IMG/VR virus record: IMGVR_UViG_3300036791_000116
Location: 1-44,588 of that record
Source: a virus
Direction: 5' to 3' (one strand)
DNA length: 44,588 bases
The notes below the pieces were generated by a model. The model did not search any database. It was not told the origin of the DNA and worked only from the letters and a program-made list of their open reading frames with translations. Shown one piece after another: positions 39,418 through 44,588 of the stretch. The first letter of the stretch is position 1. Each line of letters starts with the position of its first letter. Position numbers and translations under genes: made by a program.

Positions 39418-39885
39418 ATGAAAAGCCAAAAGCCGATCTTGTGCGTGGACTTCGATGGCGTCATTCATGCGTACACGACGCCGTGGACAGATGCCAAAAC
39501 GATAAGCGACGGCCCGGTGCCTGGGGCGTTGCGTTGGTTATGGACGGCCAGTTGTTACTTTACGGTGTATATCTATTCAAGCAGATCGAAAGAGCCGGAG
39601 GGGCGTGCGGCTATACACGATTGGTTGCTCAAGCATTTGTTGGAGGAGTTTCCGCCGGACGATGCAAGAGCGCACCACATTCCGGTGGTGCTGGCGCATG
39701 AGAAGCCGGCTGCGTTTCTCACAATCGATGATCGAGCGGTGTGCTTCGAGGGCAGTTGGAAGGCTCTCGATCCGGTAGAGTTGTTGCAGTTCAGGCCGTG
39801 GAATAAACGGGAGAGCGTGCCGCGCACCGACGAAATAGGCAAGCTGCAAGCAGGGGCGCCAAGCCTAATTGATGGCAAACGCTAA
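39418..39885 (+). CDS. HAD-superfamily phosphatase/nucleotidase-like protein
   Basis: Motif I LCVDFDGVIH and late motif FLTIDDRA. Confidence 0.7.
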   Translation: MKSQKPILCVDFDGVIHAYTTPWTDAKTISDGPVPGALRWLWTASCYFTVYIYSSRSKEPEGRAAIHDWLLKHLLEEFPPDDARAHHIPVVLAHEKPAAFLTIDDRAVCFEGSWKALDPVELLQFRPWNKRESVPRTDEIGKLQAGAPSLIDGKR

Positions 39886-39901
39886 CAACAGGAGGAAGTG
39901 A

Positions 39902-40381
39902 ATGACTACGCGATCCAAGATGAAGGAAGGCGATGAAGGCGTACAGGCGGTACCGAGCACATTCCAAGGAATGATCGCCAAGGATATGGGCCTTGTGACA
40001 AACCAACTGCTCGGCAAGATCAAACAGGATACGGGCAGTGGTGCCAACGTGTCGCGTGTGTTGGCAGAGTTGTTCATGTGGAACTGGATCAGGAAGTTTG
40101 CCGATAGCAAGTACGAGAAGCTGCTTGTAGCGGCTAAGGAGGATGGCGTGCTCGGCGATCTGATAGGCCACGAGCCCGGCAGCTATGTTGCTGCGGAGAG
40201 TAGGCATTTCGTGGTGACAGTCAATATCAGCGAGCCGGTGCGCCGCTTCGATCCTGACGTGCTTGCAGGCTGGGCGCTGTCTGCGTACAAAATTCCGGTC
40301 ATCGTGCTGAAAGAGCAGATCGACAAGGCAAAGACTCCTACGCAGTCGCAGGTACGTGTCACGATCACGGAGCGACAGTAG
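39902..40381 (+). CDS. hypothetical protein (159 aa)
   Basis: AGGAGGAAG SD. Followed by a motif copy and two hairpins. Confidence 0.65.
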   Translation: MTTRSKMKEGDEGVQAVPSTFQGMIAKDMGLVTNQLLGKIKQDTGSGANVSRVLAELFMWNWIRKFADSKYEKLLVAAKEDGVLGDLIGHEPGSYVAAESRHFVVTVNISEPVRRFDPDVLAGWALSAYKIPVIVLKEQIDKAKTPTQSQVRVTITERQ

Positions 40382-40383
40382 CC

Positions 40384-40396
40384 GTTTGAGTCAAAC
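40384..40396. repeat. 13-bp dyad motif copy
   Basis: GTTTGAGTCAAAC, 2 nt after the stop at 40381 and before the tandem hairpins. Confidence 0.9.
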
Positions 40397-40400
40397 AGAT

Positions 40401-40472
40401 AGCTGCGCCGGTTTTCATCCACACGGCGCGGCTAGGGAGGCTGGGCTTGATTTGCACTCCGGCCCAGCCTCC
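40401..40472 (+). terminator. two tandem hairpins between 39902..40381 and 40502..40786
   Basis: First hairpin 40401-40433: 10-bp stem including one G-T pair. Second hairpin 40436-40472: GGAGGCTGGGC pairs with GCCCAGCCTCC. No clear T-tract. Confidence 0.4.
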
Positions 40473-40501
40473 TTCCACCTTCAACCAAATGGGAGATCGA
40501 G

Positions 40502-40786
40502 ATGACAGACATTGATGTAGCGGTGAACGGCAAGCTGGCAGATACGGTGCCGGACTGCGGAGCACTCAAGTTGAGTGACCAGTTGAATGCGAAGATCGAC
40601 GAGGCGACTGTGCATATCGTCGGCGAGTTGGACCAGCTTAAGGAGGAGATCGAGCGTATCAAGTCCAAGCTGATAAAGGACACAGGGCTGGTCAAGGAGG
40701 CAGTTGCCACGCACTTTATGCTAGGTGCCGAGGCGATGGCGTTCCGGGCCAAGGTAGTGTCACGCTTGCAGGAGTTGGTAAAGTAA
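40502..40786 (+). CDS. coiled-coil hypothetical protein (94 aa)
   Basis: GGGAGATCGAG precedes the ATG. Confidence 0.6.
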   Translation: MTDIDVAVNGKLADTVPDCGALKLSDQLNAKIDEATVHIVGELDQLKEEIERIKSKLIKDTGLVKEAVATHFMLGAEAMAFRAKVVSRLQELVK

Positions 40787-41196
40787 TGCCGCTCATACTC
40801 CAGCCAACGTTCAGCGATAAGACACGCCAGCAGATCGAGGAGCATCTGCTGGTCGTAAGGGCGCGGCGCATGGCTGCGGTAGTGACGTACTATGCCGGCG
40901 TCAATGCAAAGAACATGCACTTGATTATGAAAGAGCAGCAACGGATTGCGCGCGAGTATGCGATGCTTGCGCGTGATCTCGCAAGGATGGACAAGCTGGA
41001 TGCGGCGATCGAAGCACGGCTGGGAGTGATTGTGCAGCACCAGCAGGAGTTGGACATATACCGAGGCAACATAGTGGAGATCGAGGATGATCGAGAAGAG
41101 AGCAGACAGACAAGTACGAGTAGAGAAGGAACCGGGGAACGCCCAAGGCCCAAGCCCAACGGAGCAGTCAGAGTGGGTCGTCCACCCGGAGCGTGA
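40786..41196 (+). CDS. hypothetical protein (136 aa)
   Basis: TAATG overlap with the upstream gene. The C-terminal ~35 aa overlap the next ORF. Confidence 0.55.
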   Translation: MPLILQPTFSDKTRQQIEEHLLVVRARRMAAVVTYYAGVNAKNMHLIMKEQQRIAREYAMLARDLARMDKLDAAIEARLGVIVQHQQELDIYRGNIVEIEDDREESRQTSTSREGTGERPRPKPNGAVRVGRPPGA

Positions 41197-41368
41197 GTTG
41201 CACAAAGAGCGCGAGCGGTTTCCGATAGAGATGCCGCAGCACAAGATGCTGGTCAAGTGTCGCGACGGGGATCAGGCGTGGACGATATATACGGAGTTCA
41301 CGGACTACCGCCCTATGTGCCCAGAGTGTGGCAAGCTCATGGACGTTATCACCGAGCAGGAGGAATAG
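41087..41368 (+). CDS. hypothetical protein with a C-terminal CPECG motif; start uncertain
   Basis: ATG 41087 overlaps the upstream gene by 110 nt. Alternative starts are TTG 41198 (after GGAG) and ATG 41231. Confidence 0.45.
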   Translation: MIEKRADRQVRVEKEPGNAQGPSPTEQSEWVVHPERELHKERERFPIEMPQHKMLVKCRDGDQAWTIYTEFTDYRPMCPECGKLMDVITEQEE

Positions 41369-41644
41369 ATGGCGCTGTCGTTCAACCAGTTCCAGAAGGA
41401 ATTGCGCCAGATGAATGTCGATGGCAGGACCGCGTATTTCCTGACGATGATATACGAGCGCCTGATCGACACGGAGAACCAGTTGATGACGTGCGCGAGG
41501 CTATTGGAGAGTATGGCCGACTCCATGAAGGGCTTCGCGGAGTTGAACGAAGTGCAGCAACGGGAGATGCGAAAGGTGCTGCGCGGTGGTCGGCCTGATG
41601 GTATCGAAGTGGAGAGTGTAGCAATCAAACCGGAGGAAGACTAA
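41369..41644 (+). CDS. hypothetical protein (91 aa)
   Basis: AGGAGGAATAG precedes the ATG. Confidence 0.6.
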   Translation: MALSFNQFQKELRQMNVDGRTAYFLTMIYERLIDTENQLMTCARLLESMADSMKGFAELNEVQQREMRKVLRGGRPDGIEVESVAIKPEED

Positions 41645-41645
41645 C

Positions 41646-42074
41646 ATGAAGCTCGATGGAACCAACGTGCGGGATGCGGTCAGATCGTGTGTGCTCAAGA
41701 TCAACAAGGCCGACGCAAATTCCGGCCAAGGAAATCCAGCGACGTGTGCGGCAGCAAAGGCTGCGTGCAGAGTCGCACATGTAGTCGAGGCGCGTATCTA
41801 CAGGACAAGATCGTATTTGCTGGTAGAAAATACCAGCGGTGGCAGGTGCTGGGTACGGTACGGAACGCCTGGAGCGTTGCGTATAGAGTTGATCGCGTTC
41901 GATCGAGGAGGCACGTTCGATCCAGGCGAGTACGTACTTGAAACGTTGCCGGACAACAAGCATATCGGGCAGGAGAGGCACAGCAAGCCGGCAGGTCCGA
42001 AGCGAAAGAAGCGTGCGGCACCGCATGTGATACGGGGGATCAGGCCAAGGGCGCCAATCAATGCGAAGGCTTAG
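41646..42074 (+). CDS. hypothetical protein with a basic C-terminus (142 aa)
   Basis: Tight spacing within the operon. Confidence 0.6.
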   Translation: MKLDGTNVRDAVRSCVLKINKADANSGQGNPATCAAAKAACRVAHVVEARIYRTRSYLLVENTSGGRCWVRYGTPGALRIELIAFDRGGTFDPGEYVLETLPDNKHIGQERHSKPAGPKRKKRAAPHVIRGIRPRAPINAKA

Positions 42075-42077
42075 GCA

Positions 42078-42329
42078 ATGGCAGAATATGAAAGGATCAC
42101 GCTAATGAGTGTGGACAAGATCGTGGACTTGACCGGCAACGCGAAGGAATTTGCTGATTTGTACTGCGAAAGTACTAGCATTGATGGACGCAGGACGTTC
42201 AACATTGCGCTAGTGAGCCTGCTTATCAACGTGTACGAGGCGGGCTTCGATAACGGCAGGCGTGAAGCCCGCTTGACTCAAACATTCGAGAGCGTACGGG
42301 ACGAGGAGAGCCTGGAGCCTGACGAATGA
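42078..42329 (+). CDS. hypothetical protein (83 aa)
   Basis: Operon context. Motif variant GCTTGACTCAAAC in frame (RLTQT). Confidence 0.6.
   Translation: MAEYERITLMSVDKIVDLTGNAKEFADLYCESTSIDGRRTFNIALVSLLINVYEAGFDNGRREARLTQTFESVRDEESLEPDE
42271..42283. repeat. 13-bp dyad motif copy (1 mismatch)
   Basis: GCTTGACTCAAAC, in the 3' part of the 42078 gene. Confidence 0.7.
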
Positions 42330-42877
42330 AGAAGGTCAGTGGGTATCTGGCTGATGACGGTACCTTCTTCGATGCCGAGGCCGACGTGGAGTTGTATGAG
42401 GCGCTCCATGCGTTGGAGTTCTCGGTCAAGAATATAGGTGCCGATCCAGCCAAGTTCATGATTGTGGTAGAAGGTTGTCAAGATCAACTCATGAGGTATC
42501 TGAATGCCCAAAGCAAATTCAAGAGAAGCGAAGCCCTTGGGCCTGTCCCGAGGGCGACCGGCAGCAGCAATCCACAACCTGCTGTCGATCACACCAACGA
42601 CCGTAGCGCAGAAGGACATGCACCCGTACTCGAACAGTCGGCTGACGAACCTGAACATGTGCCCGACATACGGGGTAGTATCGGCGCAGAAGCAGTACCA
42701 GACGGGCGCACGATCGATGGCACTGGAAGCGGGAGCACTGATGCACGAAGTGTTCGCGGCGCTGCGTATATGGCAACTGTATCGAGTGCAGCGATTACAG
42801 CTGCACGCAGAGGTAGTAGCGACCCGTTTGTTCGGCAGGCCGAAGCAAGGGCAAAACTATCACGGTCAGACGTTTGA
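42326..42877 (+). CDS. hypothetical protein; the 3' two-thirds overlap the nuclease gene out of frame
   Basis: ATGA overlap with the upstream gene. The first ~60 aa look protein-like. The remaining ~120 aa are low-complexity and overprint 42504..43661. The stop is the TGA inside motif 42872-42884. Confidence 0.4.
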   Translation: MKKVSGYLADDGTFFDAEADVELYEALHALEFSVKNIGADPAKFMIVVEGCQDQLMRYLNAQSKFKRSEALGPVPRATGSSNPQPAVDHTNDRSAEGHAPVLEQSADEPEHVPDIRGSIGAEAVPDGRTIDGTGSGSTDARSVRGAAYMATVSSAAITAARRGSSDPFVRQAEARAKLSRSDV

Positions 42878-43661
42878 CTCAAACAGATGGTCTAAGTGCT
42901 GGGCGAAGAGCATGGATCAGAAGGACCCACGCGAGTCGATGATGGTGCTCGCGTTCGAGATACTACGCAGTAGCGGCTGGGAGGATAGTCCTGACGACAA
43001 TATCAGGACGGTCGCCAATATGGAGTTGTCGTCGATCGCGTACATCGACGAGATACTTCCGAGGATGGCCAATTTGCCGCTCTATGTAGAAGACGAAAAT
43101 GATCCGCATTGCATCGTGGGGATCGAGAACGTGTTCGACGTAGTGCTGACGTATGACGACAGTAAGCAATTCCGGTTCATCGGGACGCTCGATGGGCTGA
43201 CGCTCAACAAGGCGAAGAAACATGCCGTGCTGGAGGATAACAAGACGGCTGCGAGATTGGATGAAGGCTGGAAGGCATCGTTCCTGCTGTCCAATCAGGT
43301 GACGGGGTATCTGGCATGTGCCGCATCGGTATATGGGTTTGACATATACAATGCCAAGATCATCGGGCTCAAGATCAAGCCTTCGAGTAGGGGCGAGGAT
43401 GTTTGGCCGATCATGGTAAGCAGGACCGGCGAGCAGTTTGCGCGATGGGCATTCTGGTTCAGGCACACGGCCGAGATGTTCGAGAAATATAAGGACAGTT
43501 TCGAGTATGCGCCAAGGTATACGCATTCGTGCAATCGGTACTTTCGGCCATGCTCGTTGCTGAGTTTCTGCTGCGACACGTATGAGGGGAGGGTCGAGCA
43601 ATGGGAGGAAATGGTACCAGCGCGTTCGAGTCCGTCAGAGTTGGCAATCGGCGAAGATTAA
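42504..43661 (+). CDS. PD-(D/E)XK exonuclease, Cas4/RecB-like with Fe-S cysteines
   Basis: N-terminal NLNMCP Cys. GTLDGL...LEDNKT (D...ExK). QVTGY. C-terminal CNRYFRPCSLLSFCC. GAGG lies 8 nt before ATG 42504, with an in-frame TGA immediately upstream. Confidence 0.8.
   Translation: MPKANSREAKPLGLSRGRPAAAIHNLLSITPTTVAQKDMHPYSNSRLTNLNMCPTYGVVSAQKQYQTGARSMALEAGALMHEVFAALRIWQLYRVQRLQLHAEVVATRLFGRPKQGQNYHGQTFDSNRWSKCWAKSMDQKDPRESMMVLAFEILRSSGWEDSPDDNIRTVANMELSSIAYIDEILPRMANLPLYVEDENDPHCIVGIENVFDVVLTYDDSKQFRFIGTLDGLTLNKAKKHAVLEDNKTAARLDEGWKASFLLSNQVTGYLACAASVYGFDIYNAKIIGLKIKPSSRGEDVWPIMVSRTGEQFARWAFWFRHTAEMFEKYKDSFEYAPRYTHSCNRYFRPCSLLSFCCDTYEGRVEQWEEMVPARSSPSELAIGED
42872..42884. repeat. 13-bp dyad motif copy
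   Basis: GTTTGACTCAAAC, inside the nuclease CDS (FDSN). Supplies the TGA stop of overlapping ORF 42326..42877. Confidence 0.9.
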
Positions 43662-43678
43662 CCAAGGAGGATATCGCT

Positions 43679-43975
43679 ATGGAGTTGGAAGATGATGGTG
43701 TGTTCGAGTCTGCGATTCAAGCTGCGATTAGGCAACAGGGAGCGGAGCAGGAGCCGATAATCAGGGCGGTGGCGGAGGCCGTCAGGCACTTCCTGATTAA
43801 CATCGAGCACATATCGAGTCAGATGGAACGCCTCTCGGACTCGATAGAAGGCGGTGTGAGCAACGGGTCGGAGGAGCGTTCGGCTGCGGCACTAGAGCGC
43901 ATTGCGGATGCGCAGGAGGTAATTCAGAAGACGCACCAAGAGGCATCGTCTGAGTCAAACAAGAGGAAGCGGTAG
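43679..43975 (+). CDS. hypothetical acidic protein (98 aa)
   Basis: Listed as 43601..43975. ATG 43679 follows AAGGAGG and is clear of the nuclease stop at 43661. Confidence 0.6.
   Translation: MELEDDGVFESAIQAAIRQQGAEQEPIIRAVAEAVRHFLINIEHISSQMERLSDSIEGGVSNGSEERSAAALERIADAQEVIQKTHQEASSESNKRKR
43948..43960. repeat. 13-bp dyad motif copy
   Basis: GTCTGAGTCAAAC, in the 3' end of the 43679 gene (SESN), upstream of the SD of the ATPase gene. Confidence 0.9.
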
Positions 43976-43977
43976 GT

Positions 43978-44588
43978 ATGGCAAGCGCCCCATTTAAGAT
44001 TGGGCCGGTGACGGTGCAGGCCGGACGGGAGATATCGAAGCGCATGAGCGTGCTTATATGGGGCGCTGCCGCCTGTGGCAAAACCTCATTTGCAGCCACG
44101 GCACCGGGAATTAAGCTGTGGCTGTCATTCGGAGATCAGGAGCATGTGTCGGTAGCGCATAGGCCGGACGTGTGTGTTGCTGATCTGTCGAAGCTATCAT
44201 CGGAGGAGTTGTTCAAGCACGCATTGAGTGACAACCCATTCGGTATGGATCAAATACTTGCGCAGCGCACGGATATACAGACGGTGGTATGCGACTCGGC
44301 AACAGCGTTGGTGTATCAGGCATTGCAGCGATCGGTAGAGAAGGGCGTTGGCGCGGGTAGGCGTGGGTTTGTGCCAACGATCGAGGAGCCTGGGCAGGCG
44401 GCGTACGGCGCTCGCAATGCGTTGATGCTCAAGGTGTTGACAGGGTTGTTAAGGGTCACGGCGAAGCATGGTGTGCATCTGATCGTCACCGCGCATGAAG
44501 CTGATCCGGTCATGGAGATACGTGACGGCAAGGAGGTAGTGAGTCACATAGGCGTTATGCTTGGTGGCCAGCTTGTCAACAATGTGAC
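43978..44588 (+). CDS. RecA-fold AAA ATPase (Sak4/AAA_24-like), 5' part; continues at base 1 through the circular junction
   Basis: Not in the ORF track because there is no stop before the window end. ATG 43978 follows AAGAGGAAG. Hand translation: MASAPFKIGPVTV...; Walker A WGAAACGKTS; Walker B TVVCDSAT. Confidence 0.8.
   Translation, partial: MASAPFKIGPVTVQAGREISKRMSVLIWGAAACGKTSFAATAPGIKLWLSFGDQEHVSVAHRPDVCVADLSKLSSEELFKHALSDNPFGMDQILAQRTDIQTVVCDSATALVYQALQRSVEKGVGAGRRGFVPTIEEPGQAAYGARNALMLKVLTGLLRVTAKHGVHLIVTAHEADPVMEIRDGKEVVSHIGVMLGGQLVNNV
44462..44588 (+). repeat. terminal overlap (identical to 1-127)
   Basis: Exact 127-nt identity. Signature of a circular assembly. Confidence 0.95.

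Noticed and set aside
40563-40577. A 15-bp perfect palindrome, CACTCAA-G-TTGAGTG, inside 40502..40786.
   Set aside because: It is single-copy and internal to a CDS. It only superficially resembles permuted halves of the 13-bp motif, so there is not enough to call a site.
982-43960. The 13-bp motif as a small RNA hairpin or a rho-independent terminator in its own right.
   Set aside because: The best fold is a 5-bp A/U-rich stem with a 3-nt loop. Variable positions 3 and 11 never change in a compensatory way. The motif occurs in both orientations and inside ORFs. Real hairpins are separate, neighbouring GC-rich elements.
982-43960. The TGASTCA core is identical to the eukaryotic AP-1/GCN4 site.
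   Set aside because: A coincidence of a short palindrome. There is no eukaryotic context, and the conserved flanks (GTNTGA / TCANAC) go beyond that site.

Overview
This window is a complete phage genome assembled as a circle. Bases 1-127 are identical to 44462-44588, and the overlap falls inside a gene, so the unique length is 44,461 bp. The gene content is that of a tailed, podovirus-like dsDNA phage. Two divergent arms leave a ~1.8-kb non-coding control region at 32.64-34.48 kb.

Rightward arm (34.48 kb, through the circular junction, to 6.44 kb):
- many small early ORFs, including two with export signals
- an HAD-like phosphatase and a Cas4/RecB-like PD-(D/E)XK nuclease
- a Sak4-like ATPase, a DUF669-like SSB and an SF1 helicase
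- a P-loop kinase-like protein
- a family A DNA polymerase with a UDG-like N-terminal domain

Leftward arm (32.61 kb down to 6.43 kb):
- a small-terminase-like gene and TerL
- a signal-peptide plus PEP-CTERM-like moron
- portal, scaffold and capsid
- tail-tubular-like proteins and a tail fibre with a C-terminal S74-type chaperone domain
- several Pro/Gly/Met/Gln-rich internal proteins
- a 2,155-aa virion protein carrying an M15 peptidase signature

I recognise no RNA polymerase, primase, integrase or repressor, tRNA, CRISPR array or canonical lysis cassette.

The most striking feature is a 13-bp dyad, GTNTGASTCANAC (GANTC core). It is present at least 41 times, about one copy per 1.1 kb. Copies lie mostly at gene junctions, but they are also kept inside long ORFs in the only reading frames that avoid the TGA within the motif. 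The motif is often next to stem-loops. It sometimes supplies the stop codon of the upstream gene, or directly abuts start codons that lack a Shine-Dalgarno sequence.

Other regulatory architecture:
- near-consensus sigma70-type promoters
- a 17-bp palindromic operator (TGCGACA-N3-TGTCGCA; 3 perfect copies and 1 imperfect)
- a lambda PR'-like arrangement of promoter, short leader and terminator in front of the structural arm
- inverted 11-bp-phased iteron arrays, a possible origin of replication
- a triple 20-bp direct repeat
- a conserved GGAGTGCA box at seven early start sites
- a 4-copy GC hairpin element

All functional calls come from reading motifs in the supplied translations. No database search was run.
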